Shown: positions 7,903 to 18,095, counted from the stretch's first letter. The stretch: 64,000 nt of DNA from Candidatus Kaiserbacteria bacterium RIFCSPHIGHO2_01_FULL_54_36 (GCA_001781105.1 MFKV01000006.1:9032-73031), one strand, 5' to 3'. The notes: generated from the sequence alone by a model not told the origin. A program made the numbers and translations.

Positions 7903-9981
7903 ATGGCTGAAAAGAAGGCAAAAAAGGCCAATGATATGGCCGCCAAAACAGGCTCCTATGGAGCCTCTGACATTACTGTCCTTGAGGGATTGGAGGCAGT
8001 GCGCCGCCGGCCCGGCATGTATATCGGCACGACCGGCACTTCTGGCTTGCACCATTTGGTTTGGGAAGTCTTCGACAACTCGCGCGATGAGGCAATGGGA
8101 GGATTTGCCAACGACATTGAGATCGCACTTCTCCCGGGCAGTCGTGTGCGTGTCGCCGACAACGGCCGCGGCATTCCGGTAGAGATCCATCCCAAGACCA
8201 AAGTCTCGACCCTCGAAACGGTCATGACCAAGCTGCACGCAGGCGGAAAATTCGGCGGCGAGGGATACAAGGTATCCGGTGGCTTGCACGGCGTAGGCGT
8301 CTCGGTTGTCAATGCGCTCTCTTCCCGCGTGCGTGCGGAAGTGTATCGCGACGGCGGGAAGTACATGCAAGAGTACAAAGACGGCGGCAAACCTATCGGG
8401 AAAACGAAAAAAATAGAATCCTCCAAATTGCACGGCACCATCGTTACGTTCGAAGCCGACGCAAAGATCTTTCCCGACCGGCAGCTCCATTGGGACACGA
8501 TCGTCTCGCACATGCGCCAGCAGGCCTACCTCGTAAAGGGGCTTCGTATCTCTATCCTCGATCTTCGTACGGTAGAACAAGTGGATGACGAGAGCATATT
8601 TTATCTGCGTGATCTAAGAATCGACGCGCCATCCACCACATTCTATTTCGAGGGCGGGCTGCGCTCGCTCGTCGGATTCCAGAATCGCTACCTTGAAATA
8701 ATCCACAAAAATATCTTTTATGTCGAAAAGGAGCAAGACGGCGTTGCAGTAGAGATCGCACTCCAGTATGTCGACGACATCACATCGCGTCTCTCGGCGT
8801 TTGCAAACAATATCTACAACATCGAGGGCGGCATGCACGTCACGGGATTCAAGGCTGCGCTTACGCGCACCCTAAATGCCCAGATCAAGAATGGCGGCGG
8901 AAAGGAGAGCGATACCTTTACCGGCGATGATGTACTGGAAGGCATGACCGCAGTCATTTCCGTCAAGATGCGCGAAGTGCAATTCGAAGGTCAGACCAAG
9001 TCGAAGCTCGGCTCAGTAGAAGCGCGTGGCGCCACCGAGACGGTGTTCGCGGAAGCTTTCAACGCATTCCTCGAGGAGCATCCTGACGATGCTCGCGCGA
9101 TCATTGGCAAGGTAACGCTTGCGATGAAGGCGCGTAAAGCGGCGAAGGCAGCGAAAGACTCGATCCTGCGCAAAGGCGCGCTTGATGGCATGACCCTTCC
9201 GGGCAAGCTTGCCGATTGTCAGACCAAGCTTGCCGAGGAAGCCGAGCTTTTCATCGTCGAAGGAGATTCAGCTGGCGGCACGGCAAAAATGGGGCGCGAT
9301 CGCCGCGTGCAGGCCGTGCTCCCGCTTCGCGGCAAGATCCTCAACATCGAGCGAGCACGACTCGACAAAATGCTGGCGAGCGAGCAGATAAAAAACCTTG
9401 TCGTTGCGCTCGGCACGGCGATCGGCGACATTTTCGATATCGCGAAGTTGCGCTACCACAAGATCATCATCGCGACTGATGCCGATGTGGATGGCGCCCA
9501 CATCCGGACGCTCTTGCTGACGCTCATGTACCGCCACTTCCGCCCCGTGATCGACGGCGGGTACCTCTACATCGCGCAGCCGCCGCTTTTTAAAGTACGC
9601 AAAGGCAAGGAGATCGCGTACGCCTATACCGATGAAGAACGCATCAAGCTTGTGGGCAAGGACATGCCGCTTGAAACAGTCGACCCCGAAGTACAGCAAG
9701 CTGACTACGGGGCAGGCAGTGAACAGGAAGTTGAGGAATCTGACGATAAGAAAAAACGTGCGCCCAAGGTATCAGTCCAGCGATATAAGGGTTTGGGAGA
9801 AATGAATTCAGACGAACTCTGGGAAACCACGATGGACCCTGCTCGCCGGATATTGAAGCAGGTGACGATCGAGGATGCGCAAGAAGCCGATACGGTGTTC
9901 GACATGCTCATGGGCACCGATGTGCCCGCACGCAAGTCATTCATTCAGAGCCACGCAAAAGAAGCGACACTCGATATTTAA
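7903..9981 (+). CDS. gyrB: DNA gyrase subunit B
   Basis: LEGLEAVRRRPGMYIG, LHAGGKF, VEGDSAGG, PLRGK, DADVDG, QRYKGLGEM. Confidence 0.96.
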   Translation: MAEKKAKKANDMAAKTGSYGASDITVLEGLEAVRRRPGMYIGTTGTSGLHHLVWEVFDNSRDEAMGGFANDIEIALLPGSRVRVADNGRGIPVEIHPKTKVSTLETVMTKLHAGGKFGGEGYKVSGGLHGVGVSVVNALSSRVRAEVYRDGGKYMQEYKDGGKPIGKTKKIESSKLHGTIVTFEADAKIFPDRQLHWDTIVSHMRQQAYLVKGLRISILDLRTVEQVDDESIFYLRDLRIDAPSTTFYFEGGLRSLVGFQNRYLEIIHKNIFYVEKEQDGVAVEIALQYVDDITSRLSAFANNIYNIEGGMHVTGFKAALTRTLNAQIKNGGGKESDTFTGDDVLEGMTAVISVKMREVQFEGQTKSKLGSVEARGATETVFAEAFNAFLEEHPDDARAIIGKVTLAMKARKAAKAAKDSILRKGALDGMTLPGKLADCQTKLAEEAELFIVEGDSAGGTAKMGRDRRVQAVLPLRGKILNIERARLDKMLASEQIKNLVVALGTAIGDIFDIAKLRYHKIIIATDADVDGAHIRTLLLTLMYRHFRPVIDGGYLYIAQPPLFKVRKGKEIAYAYTDEERIKLVGKDMPLETVDPEVQQADYGAGSEQEVEESDDKKKRAPKVSVQRYKGLGEMNSDELWETTMDPARRILKQVTIEDAQEADTVFDMLMGTDVPARKSFIQSHAKEATLDI

Positions 9982-9990
9982 GCTGCAGAC

Positions 9991-10024
9991 AAAAAGCGCC
10001 GGCCCCTCTTGGGGCCGGCGCTTT
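9991..10024. terminator. Bidirectional intrinsic terminator
   Basis: aaagcgccggcccc-tctt-ggggccggcgcttt between convergent genes. Confidence 0.85.
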
Positions 10025-10033
10025 GAGTTTGCG

Positions 10034-11125
10034 TTAGTAGTTCCCGTACGGATACTGCGGGTATTGATATGGCTGCGGGTACGGTTGCGAATATGGTTGC
10101 GGCTGCATGTAGTTGTAGTTCGGCGCGTAGTTGTAGTTATTGTTGTAATTGTTGTTGTAGTTATATGGCATCGAGACGTACCGCGAAGCATAGTTGTTGC
10201 CTTGATTTCCATCTGCGGCGTTGATCGAGACGCGGAAGGTGCCGGCGGTTGCCATGGTGAAGCGCAGCGTGTTGATCATGTGACCTCCTGGAGCAAGCGA
10301 TGCCTGAATAGGAGAGCTATAGGTATACCCGCTCTGAGTCGGGAGCTGGGCGGTGAATGTATACGCCCCAGTCGAGCTTCCGCCGATGTTACCGATGTCG
10401 AAGACGGCGGTCGCGAGTCCTGAAGCGTCCACAGTGACCGACGTAATGTGCACCGAGATGTCAGCCGGAGTGCGCGGCATAGGTGTTGGGTTCGGTGTTG
10501 GGGTCGGAGTAGGCGTCGGAGTGGGCGTAGGCGTTGGGGTACTCGGCGTCGTTGGGGTGGTGGTCCCTGTGCGAGGATCGACGATGATGGTGGCAGAGCC
10601 TTGTGCTTGCTTGGTGCTCGTTGAACTCGGCATGAATATCACCGAGACGGGGATACTCGTCGAGGTCGTTCCGATAAGGATACTCTGGAGCTTCAGCGCA
10701 TTGCTTCCCGAAGAGACAGTCGAAGCTGCGCCGCATGGTAGTGCCGCCATTACACCATTCGGACCTTCTGCGAGTATGTGAATATTGCCTTTGCACTGGT
10801 ACAAGAAGGCGTAGCTGCCTTTTTCGGTAGTCGAGTAGTTCCAGCTTACGGTGAACATATCACCCGAGATGACACGCGCAGGTGCTGTAACCTTGATCGT
10901 AGTTGAAGGCGTGGTGTTGAAAAGGGAAGAAAGCCATGGACTTCCGAGGTTTGCGATGTGGAAAAGGCCCCAGAGAATAATGACGATAAGAATGATGAAC
11001 CCGACGATCGCCAGAATGTTGGAAAGCATGCTGGTTTTCGGCTCGCGAGGCACTGGAGGAGGCACCGGGCGATTGATAGTCTGTACGGTCTCGGTCGTTT
11101 TGACTGTTTGTATCTCGTCGGACAT
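10034..11125 (-). CDS. Membrane-anchored surface protein with PT linker, CARDB-like Ig domain and N/Y/Q/P-rich tail
   Basis: N-terminal TM; (TP)n; AD.SV...N.GG.....F...LAPG....D.NQGNN. Confidence 0.8.
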   Translation of the reverse strand: MSDEIQTVKTTETVQTINRPVPPPVPREPKTSMLSNILAIVGFIILIVIILWGLFHIANLGSPWLSSLFNTTPSTTIKVTAPARVISGDMFTVSWNYSTTEKGSYAFLYQCKGNIHILAEGPNGVMAALPCGAASTVSSGSNALKLQSILIGTTSTSIPVSVIFMPSSTSTKQAQGSATIIVDPRTGTTTPTTPSTPTPTPTPTPTPTPTPNPTPMPRTPADISVHITSVTVDASGLATAVFDIGNIGGSSTGAYTFTAQLPTQSGYTYSSPIQASLAPGGHMINTLRFTMATAGTFRVSINAADGNQGNNYASRYVSMPYNYNNNYNNNYNYAPNYNYMQPQPYSQPYPQPYQYPQYPYGNY

Positions 11126-11199
11126 GGGCGCTATATTACTACATGCAGAAGCGCTCTGTCAAGGGCTTCGCGGAGCCGGATTTTCGGGCGGAAATTGAA

Positions 11200-11583
11200 T
11201 CACCAGTCAAAAGAGACGCCATGTGTCCGTAGCAAAAACGTGAGATACCAGGAAGAAAAGTTGCAGATGAGCGAAAGGAGAAACGATACCTTCCAGCTCG
11301 TCTTGAGTACCATGCGGTAAAACAGTGCTTCGATAAAGAAGACAAACGTTTCGCTCACCATGAGCGATGTGTTGTATGGCCATTTGGTTATGCGGGGGAA
11401 AATGAACATGACGTACGGATTGGTAGCATACGTCGCAAACATTCCTGCGAAAAGCAAACGCAAGGAGGAAATCTCTTTGTCTTTAAACACGTATCGCACC
11501 AGGAAAAAGAGGATCGTCGTCTCAACGAGTACTGAGAAGCTTGCGATTGATATGAATTTATGGACGTAGGCAATGGATGGCAC
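11200..11583 (-). CDS. Small integral membrane protein
   Basis: 127 aa with about four hydrophobic helices. Confidence 0.75.
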   Translation of the reverse strand: MPSIAYVHKFISIASFSVLVETTILFFLVRYVFKDKEISSLRLLFAGMFATYATNPYVMFIFPRITKWPYNTSLMVSETFVFFIEALFYRMVLKTSWKVSFLLSLICNFSSWYLTFLLRTHGVSFDW

Positions 11584-11745
11584 CGGCTATTCATAGCTGT
11601 TTAGGCTGGTATGTCAACTGGCGGCCAAAACGCGGTTCATTGACCCTACAGGCGAAGGATTGTACAGTCGCCGCGAGGAAGTGGGTCGAGAGCTCTACCC
11701 ACTTGCCCTCATCAACGCATGCAGAGCATGCAGAGAAGGAGTGAA

Positions 11746-12318
11746 ATGAAGGTTCTTTCTATCGTTGCCGTTGTAGCCGCGCTCGCGGCTTTGGCGGTGA
11801 CACCGGCGCAAGCCCAAAATTCCACATGGGCCGCAGTCGCAATCAGCACGAGTCCGCTCAAGGACGCGTTCGGCTTCCAGTACCTGAAGACTTCACAGGC
11901 TGGTGCCGAGAATGACGCGATTCGGTTCTGTGAGGAACGATTCGCGAAATACAGAATCCGCGGAGCGACCTGCGCGGTGAAGTCCACGACCGACTGGGTC
12001 ATCGGCGTCTACTGCCTCAACGGCGGCAAGGTCGGCGTCGGTATCGGAGTCGGAGCGACTCCAGTGGAAGCCGCAAACGAAGCGCTGAAGGAGGCAGGTG
12101 CCTTCCAAGCGCGTCGCTGCGTATTCCAGGCCATGCGTCACGGCACCAATGCCAAGGCCACGATCGAGGGCCGTGAGTGGACCGCGACCGTCTCGTGCGG
12201 CGCCGGCACGTTTACGTTCAAGGTGAACGGTGCCGTTGCGGCGCTGAACCGCGCCCTTCGTTCCTGTGAGAACACCAATGTCTCGGCCTGCAACGTGACG
12301 GCCTTCACCGGCAGCTGA
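11746..12318 (+). CDS. Secreted Cys-rich protein, DUF4189-like repeats
   Basis: AAGGAG SD; signal peptide ending AQA; WAAVAIS...A...A...C....C pattern repeated. Confidence 0.7.
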   Translation: MKVLSIVAVVAALAALAVTPAQAQNSTWAAVAISTSPLKDAFGFQYLKTSQAGAENDAIRFCEERFAKYRIRGATCAVKSTTDWVIGVYCLNGGKVGVGIGVGATPVEAANEALKEAGAFQARRCVFQAMRHGTNAKATIEGREWTATVSCGAGTFTFKVNGAVAALNRALRSCENTNVSACNVTAFTGS

Positions 12319-12356
12319 CGCAGCCCGCGAACGTCTGGCCAGCGTTTGCCCTTACC

Positions 12357-12400
12357 CGGCGGTCGCGCATGCGAGCATGCGCGACCGACCGGCCTTTTTT
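12357..12400 (+). terminator. Intrinsic terminator
   Basis: ggtcgcgcatgc-ga-gcatgcgcgacc followed by a T-run. Confidence 0.75.
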
Positions 12401-12411
12401 CAATTCACACC

Positions 12412-13707
12412 ATGAACGATCAATTAAAAACTCAACTACCCAAATCCGTCGTCGGCTGGTTCGACGCTTTTTTTGGGCTTGGAATAATTCTCACCCTTTT
12501 CTTTACACTGCGCGTTGTCGCCATGAGCGACCACGTGTTTTCCATACTACTGGTTGCAGGTCTCGCACTCGTGATTGGCGCGATCGAAATAGCGCGCGCT
12601 CCGTGGCGAGGGCTTCCACCATCGCAGGCATCTAGTAATGTGATCCTCAGCCGCGCTGCGTTCAAGCTCTTGGGCTTCATCGTGACGCTCGCTGTCATCG
12701 GATTTCTCTACTGGCTCTTTCCCGAATACCACCGCACGTACTACCGCTCATTCTTCGAGTCCGTGGGGATCGTCCTACCATGGTTTATTCTGCTCGCCAT
12801 CCCGTATTTCGTGTATGTCGAGTGGCGGCTTCCGAAAGAAGAGGGCGGTATGTGGAACACAGCGCTCTTCGCAACGGCGCGCTGGAGTGAGGTCGATTGG
12901 TCATGCCTCCGGCAGCACGCACTGGGATGGCTCGTGAAAGCATTCTTCTTGCCGATCATGTTTGGCGATATCGTGAATAATATCGGCGCACTGCGCGTGG
13001 CCAATTGGGACCTCGCCTCACTTGATTTCGTACCGGTCTTCACGCTTCTTTTTGATTCACTCATCCTGCTCGAACTCGTGTTCGTCTCCGCAGGGTATGT
13101 GTTTACCTGCAGGCTTTTTGATTCGCATATCCGCAGGGTAGAGGACACCCTTTTCGGCTGGACGGTCGCGCTTATATCCTACACGCCGTTTCTCGGACTC
13201 TTTTATGTCCGATACTTTAATTACAGTGCCGACAACATTGACTGGTTGGTGTGGCTCGGCGCAAATCCCAAGCTGGTCGTCGCATGGGGCTCAGCGATCC
13301 TTGTGTTACTTTTTCTCCACCTGTGGAGTGACGCGTGTTTCGGCCTTCGCTTCTCCAACCTTACAAATCGCGGGATCATTACCAACGGGCCGTTCCGTTT
13401 TTGTAAACACCCGGCATATCTGATCAAGAATCTCCGCTGGTGGCTCGTTTCGGTCCCGTTCATTGCACTCGATCCGGTTGAGGGCTTACGGCTATCGCTA
13501 CTACTTGTGTGTGTGAATATGTTGTACACCGTGCGCGGGTATACGGAGGAGAAACTTCTCTCACGCGACCCCACGTACGTTGCGTATGCGAAGTGGATGG
13601 AAGATCACAGCCTTCTGCGGTTTTTGAAGCGGATCCCTATCTTTTCGTATGAGTGGCGACTTGCGCGGTGGCAGCGAATGTGGCCCGATGTATACCCCGG
13701 CGTATAA
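12412..13707 (+). CDS. Isoprenylcysteine carboxyl methyltransferase (ICMT/PEMT)-family membrane protein
   Basis: Multi-TM; GIITNGPFRFCKHPAY and R..TEE..L.RDP.Y.AY motifs. Confidence 0.82.
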   Translation: MNDQLKTQLPKSVVGWFDAFFGLGIILTLFFTLRVVAMSDHVFSILLVAGLALVIGAIEIARAPWRGLPPSQASSNVILSRAAFKLLGFIVTLAVIGFLYWLFPEYHRTYYRSFFESVGIVLPWFILLAIPYFVYVEWRLPKEEGGMWNTALFATARWSEVDWSCLRQHALGWLVKAFFLPIMFGDIVNNIGALRVANWDLASLDFVPVFTLLFDSLILLELVFVSAGYVFTCRLFDSHIRRVEDTLFGWTVALISYTPFLGLFYVRYFNYSADNIDWLVWLGANPKLVVAWGSAILVLLFLHLWSDACFGLRFSNLTNRGIITNGPFRFCKHPAYLIKNLRWWLVSVPFIALDPVEGLRLSLLLVCVNMLYTVRGYTEEKLLSRDPTYVAYAKWMEDHSLLRFLKRIPIFSYEWRLARWQRMWPDVYPGV

Positions 13708-13861
13708 AATGGCTGGTTTCCTATGTACAGCAGGGTTGATTTCATCTTCATTGACTATTCAGGTCACAAGCGCTAGCGTTGCGGCAAGAGATTCGGGAAA
13801 CGTCTCTTAGAACAGTTTTCGAAGATTTTACCATTGACGTTCTAATTGATTAATTCCCGCT

Positions 13862-15703
13862 ATGAATACAGTGCAAATGGCGTTCAGAAAATACTGGGCG
13901 ATTTTCTTTTTTATAGGTGTTGTTGCATCCGTAATCGCATTTCTTGAAATAGCACCATTGACGGTATCGTCGACTTCTCACAGTGTTTTGGGAACCCATG
14001 TCTTATATGCCGATGGTGACGGAGGAGGCGATGGTGGTGGCGATGGCGGTGGAGATGGTGGCGGAGATGGTGGCGGAGATGGCGGTGGAGATGGAGGAGG
14101 TGATGGCGGTGGAGATGGTGGCGGAGATGGCGGAGGCGACGGAGGCGGTGATGGCGGAGGCGACGGAGGCGGTGACGGAGGAGGCGATGGTGGTGGTGAT
14201 GGCGGAGGTTGTGTCAGAAACTGCATCCCTGTGACGCCCCCTGGCTGCATCATTATCATCAAAGAAACGTTCGATGCGCAAGGCAATCCTATTACACCAG
14301 TCGCGCAGTTTACGTTTCGGCTCGACAATTCGCGCACTGCCCAAAACGACGCTTCGGGGAGAGTGACATTCACGAATGTGTCTGCGGGCTTCCATTCGGT
14401 CTCGGAGATCGTGCCGTCTGGCTGGACTCTTTTCTCGGTCACCCCACAAAACGGCTCCGTGTTTGTGAGCTCTGGGGTGAATTGCGCAACGGTAGTCTTC
14501 AAAAACAGGCAAACTGTCCCACCACAGAGCTGCATCACGGTGATCAAAGAAACCTACGATACACAGGGCAATCCTATTACACCGGTCGCGCAATTTACGT
14601 TCAGTCTCGACGGGGTTCGCACGATACAAAACGACGGCTCAGGTCGCGCAACGTTCAACAACGTGTTGCCCGGCAGCCATCAAATTACAGAGCAGGTCCC
14701 CCTTGGCTGGACGCTTTTTTCGGTGACGCCAACAAACGGGATCGTCCAGGTTACTTCTGGCACCAATTGTGCGGCGGTTATTTTCAAGAACAGGCAAACG
14801 ATCCCGCAATGTCCACCCGGCCAGGTCGGCACGTACCCAAATTGTCACGAGCAGCAATGTCCACCCGGTCAGATCGGTACCTATCCCAATTGCAGCATTC
14901 CACAGTGCCCACCGGGACAGACGGGAGTCTATCCCAACTGTATTCCCAACCAGTGTCCTCCGGGCCAGATCGGGACCTACCCCAATTGCAGCATTCCACA
15001 GTGCCCACCTGGCCAAACGGGGACGTATCCGTACTGCATCCCAAATCAGTGTCCGAGCGGCTACACGGGTACCTATCCAAATTGTTACCCGCCGCAGTGC
15101 CCTTCAGGCTACATAGGCACGTATCCAAGTTGTTACCCACCTCAACAAAATCTATACTGCACGCTCACCGCAAGCATCACCTCGATATACAATGGCCAGG
15201 CAGTCTATCTCTCCTGGACTTCGACGGGCGCTACCTCGGCATCCCTCGATTCCGTGGGCCAAGTCGGCGTATTCGGCTCGTACACGATCTACCCGCAACA
15301 CTCACGCGTATACACGCTCACCGTATACGATTCACAGGGTCGCTCCAACAATTGCCAGGTCTCGATCTCGGTGAACCCGGCGTACATCCCGCCTCCTCCG
15401 TACTTCCCGCCACCGCCACAATATATTCCACCACCACCTCAGTACATCCCGCCTCCGCAATATATCCCGCCGCCTACTTCCCAGATCTCTCTAGTACAGA
15501 TCCCATACACCGGGTTCGACTTCGGACCGGTAGGGAATGCGATCTACTGGCTCGCCATGCTCCTCTTCGCCTTTGCGCTGACCTACCTACTCCTGTACTA
15601 CCAAGGTGGGTTCTGGGTTCTTATGGTCGTCGCGATCCGATACCAGGCGCAACTGTGGGAGTTGGGACTGCAAAGAATAGGCCTCTCCTCAAGGACGCAA
15701 TAG
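13862..15703 (+). CDS. Repeat-rich surface protein, probable sortase substrate (IPYTG)
   Basis: (DGGG)16, two ~95-aa pilin/prealbumin-like repeats, seven CP.G..G.YP.C repeats, Ig-like domain, QIPYTG then TM. Confidence 0.85.
   Translation: MNTVQMAFRKYWAIFFFIGVVASVIAFLEIAPLTVSSTSHSVLGTHVLYADGDGGGDGGGDGGGDGGGDGGGDGGGDGGGDGGGDGGGDGGGDGGGDGGGDGGGDGGGDGGGDGGGCVRNCIPVTPPGCIIIIKETFDAQGNPITPVAQFTFRLDNSRTAQNDASGRVTFTNVSAGFHSVSEIVPSGWTLFSVTPQNGSVFVSSGVNCATVVFKNRQTVPPQSCITVIKETYDTQGNPITPVAQFTFSLDGVRTIQNDGSGRATFNNVLPGSHQITEQVPLGWTLFSVTPTNGIVQVTSGTNCAAVIFKNRQTIPQCPPGQVGTYPNCHEQQCPPGQIGTYPNCSIPQCPPGQTGVYPNCIPNQCPPGQIGTYPNCSIPQCPPGQTGTYPYCIPNQCPSGYTGTYPNCYPPQCPSGYIGTYPSCYPPQQNLYCTLTASITSIYNGQAVYLSWTSTGATSASLDSVGQVGVFGSYTIYPQHSRVYTLTVYDSQGRSNNCQVSISVNPAYIPPPPYFPPPPQYIPPPPQYIPPPQYIPPPTSQISLVQIPYTGFDFGPVGNAIYWLAMLLFAFALTYLLLYYQGGFWVLMVVAIRYQAQLWELGLQRIGLSSRTQ
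14018..14209 (+). repeat. Sixteen 12-bp coding repeats (DGGG)
   Basis: gayggnggnggn units with synonymous variation. Confidence 0.95.
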
Positions 15704-15718
15704 GGTAAAGCAGGGGGG

Positions 15719-15747
15719 TTGACATTGGGCCATTTATGGTGTATTAT
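15719..15747 (+). promoter_or_regulatory. sigma70-type promoter of the sortase gene
   Basis: TTGACA-17-TATTAT. Confidence 0.65.
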
Positions 15748-15757
15748 CTCGCCCTCT

Positions 15758-16441
15758 ATGAGTTTTGACCATACGTCTCCGCAGACTCCTCCAAAAGGGG
15801 TGTACTTGGCGAGTGTCATCGTCGTCTTTTTCTGTACGCTCAGCGTCGCCGACTCTGTGGGCTTCGTGCCGTACTACATTGATGGCACACTCCCGACCGC
15901 TTCTGCCGATCCTGTGACCGTTGATTCAGTGATGCTTTCAAATTTGCCGCAGCTTGGCGAAGACTCTACCGGAACGGTTGAAATTCCTACAGGAGAAGTG
16001 GTGCTCCCCGAGCGGCTCAAGATCCCAGCGATCTCGCTCGATCTTCCCGTACAAAATCCCAACACCCGCGACACCAAGGCGCTCGACCTCATCATCCAAA
16101 AAGGCCCCGCGCGCTACGTGGACTCAGCAAAGCTCGGGGAGAAGGGCAACATGATCATCTACGCACACTCTTCCGTGTACCCAGTATTGCGCAACCAAAT
16201 GTGGAAGGCGTTCAATCGCATTCACGAGCTCCAGGTCGGCGATCCGATCACGCTCGAGGCAGGAGGCAAGCAGTATGTCTACACCGTGAGCGCCGTGCGA
16301 CAAGTGGATACTGCCGACACGATCATTGACCTCTCGCCCACGCAAGGCACGAAGCTCACGCTCGTTACCTGCGACATCGCGACCGGCAAAACTGCCCGCT
16401 TCATCGTCGAGGCAGACTTCGTCGGCATTGTCGGTCAATAA
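15758..16441 (+). CDS. Sortase
   Basis: N-terminal TM; L.IP.I, G..GN.II.AH, F..I..L..GD.I, LTLVTC, R.IV.A (His/Cys/Arg triad). Confidence 0.92.
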   Translation: MSFDHTSPQTPPKGVYLASVIVVFFCTLSVADSVGFVPYYIDGTLPTASADPVTVDSVMLSNLPQLGEDSTGTVEIPTGEVVLPERLKIPAISLDLPVQNPNTRDTKALDLIIQKGPARYVDSAKLGEKGNMIIYAHSSVYPVLRNQMWKAFNRIHELQVGDPITLEAGGKQYVYTVSAVRQVDTADTIIDLSPTQGTKLTLVTCDIATGKTARFIVEADFVGIVGQ

Positions 16442-16447
16442 GAAAAT

Positions 16448-17122
16448 ATGTCACGCGCTAAAACACTTATCTCAATCCTTATCGTTATGGGAATCGCCTC
16501 GGCTCCCGTTGTCGAAGCGGCGACCTATTATGAGATCGGCACACCTGTCTCGATCGGACAACCTGCCTCGTATGCGTATCCCTTTTCGTACGGCATGCCC
16601 GCAACGGCAGGGTATGCCACACCGGCTGGATACAGTCAGACAGTGGGTTTCCCCGCATCGGCAGGATATCCAGCGGCAGTAGGCTATGGCGTCTCAGTTG
16701 GTTCTCCCGTGAGCGTCGGGCATCCAGTTTCTGTTGGCCGTCCCGTAAACGTCGGCTATCCAGTCAACGTGGGCTATCCCGTGAATGTCGGATACCCGGT
16801 CAATATCGGCTATCCGGTAAACGTCGGTCGCCCTGTAGATATAGGTCGGCCAGTTGACGTTGCTCATCCAGTGGACATTGGACGTGTCGTTGATATCGGT
16901 CATGTCGTTGAGATCGCGCACGCAGTAGATCTCTACGGCCCCGGGAAACTTTTCGCACTTGTAAGCATAGGGGAGGGGGTAGCTGTAGGTCGTGCTGTCG
17001 ATATTGCGCACTCGGTCACGATCGCTCACGCCGTCACGATCGCCCGCCCGGTAGATATCGCCCACGCTGTCGAGGTAGGGTACGCTGTACCGGTCGGCCG
17101 CGGCTACACTTTAGCGAAATAA
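16448..17122 (+). CDS. Secreted hexapeptide-repeat protein (predicted beta-solenoid)
   Basis: Signal peptide; many 6-aa units (VGYPVN, IGRPVD, IAHAVT). Confidence 0.8.
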   Translation: MSRAKTLISILIVMGIASAPVVEAATYYEIGTPVSIGQPASYAYPFSYGMPATAGYATPAGYSQTVGFPASAGYPAAVGYGVSVGSPVSVGHPVSVGRPVNVGYPVNVGYPVNVGYPVNIGYPVNVGRPVDIGRPVDVAHPVDIGRVVDIGHVVEIAHAVDLYGPGKLFALVSIGEGVAVGRAVDIAHSVTIAHAVTIARPVDIAHAVEVGYAVPVGRGYTLAK

Positions 17123-17148
17123 GCCCGTTTTTAAGGCTTTTCTAGCCC

Positions 17149-17177
17149 TTGACGAAAGGGCATATTTGATGTATTAT
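17149..17177 (+). promoter_or_regulatory. sigma70-type promoter
   Basis: TTGACG-17-TATTAT. Confidence 0.55.
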
Positions 17178-17238
17178 CCTACTATGTCCGTTCAGGCTCT
17201 CGTCCCGAGAGTCTGCGGCAAGCGCTAGGGAGGTTCCA

Positions 17239-17574
17239 ATGCGCTCGACTTTGTTTGCTGTTCTTCTCGCTTCTGCCTCGATCGCTCTCGCCCCGGCTCC
17301 TGCATCCGCTCAGCCTTCAGGTTGCGGCGGCTACTACGGAGAAGGGTGCTGGACTCCTCAGCAGCGAGATCAACTGGCTCGTCGGCTGGGATTGCCTCAG
17401 TGGCGAGGCGGCCAGCAGCGTCATCACCGCGGTCAGCGCGGGCATGGCCACTCCTACGGCCATAGCAGCCGCGGGGCCGTGCTCGAGGTCTACACGTGGA
17501 CCCGGCGCACCTGCCGCGACTGGGTGATGCAGGGTGGCGTGAAGATCTACATCGGTCCGCCGCGTTCCTGCTGA
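17239..17574 (+). CDS. Small secreted protein with four Cys and a G/H/R-rich segment
   Basis: GGAGG SD; signal peptide ending ASA; terminator at 17602-17646. Confidence 0.75.
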   Translation: MRSTLFAVLLASASIALAPAPASAQPSGCGGYYGEGCWTPQQRDQLARRLGLPQWRGGQQRHHRGQRGHGHSYGHSSRGAVLEVYTWTRRTCRDWVMQGGVKIYIGPPRSC

Positions 17575-17679
17575 TCTCATATCAGCAGCGGCCCAGCTTG
17601 AACGGCGCGCAGACAATCCTTCGGGACCTGCGCGCCGTTTTCTTTTGTCTATGGAAAGAGTGAAGCAATAAGCCAATAT

Positions 17680-17707
17680 TTGACATTTGCAGATAAAATG
17701 ATATAAT
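17680..17707 (+). promoter_or_regulatory. sigma70-type promoter with extended -10
   Basis: TTGACA-16-TATAAT with TGn. Confidence 0.7.
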
Positions 17708-17774
17708 CCCCGCTCGCTCGCCGGCATCCCGCCGGCAGCTTGATCGTTCACTCAAAACAAGGAAGGAGGCCCTA

Positions 17775-18095
17775 ATGGGGTTCTTCACACGCCTAATTGG
17801 GAGGGGCCTCTTCAAAGCGACGGCTCTTCTTATCGGCTTTGCGGGTGCTGCTGGTCTGTTTGTCGTCGATCCAAAAAAATATGCGGTCGCAGTCAAACTG
17901 AATCAGGAATACATTGGCACGTGGATTGCTTGGCTTCTAGGTAAGCTACCGCACGTCGGTGCTCACCTGGAGGCTTTTCTCGCAACCCACAGCCCTGGAT
18001 TCACCCTACTAGTCGTGGAGGTAGCGGTACTCGCCAAGCTGATTATGCTTGGCTCCCGCTTGTGCTTTCGTCTCACTCCTCCGCGGCGCGACTGA
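17775..18095 (+). CDS. Small membrane protein
   Basis: AAGGAGG SD; hydrophobic segments. Confidence 0.7.
   Translation: MGFFTRLIGRGLFKATALLIGFAGAAGLFVVDPKKYAVAVKLNQEYIGTWIAWLLGKLPHVGAHLEAFLATHSPGFTLLVVEVAVLAKLIMLGSRLCFRLTPPRRD

Noticed and set aside
14209-15708. 499-aa alternative-frame ORF and antisense poly-PPPS ORFs
   Set aside because: Shadows of the repetitive surface-protein gene
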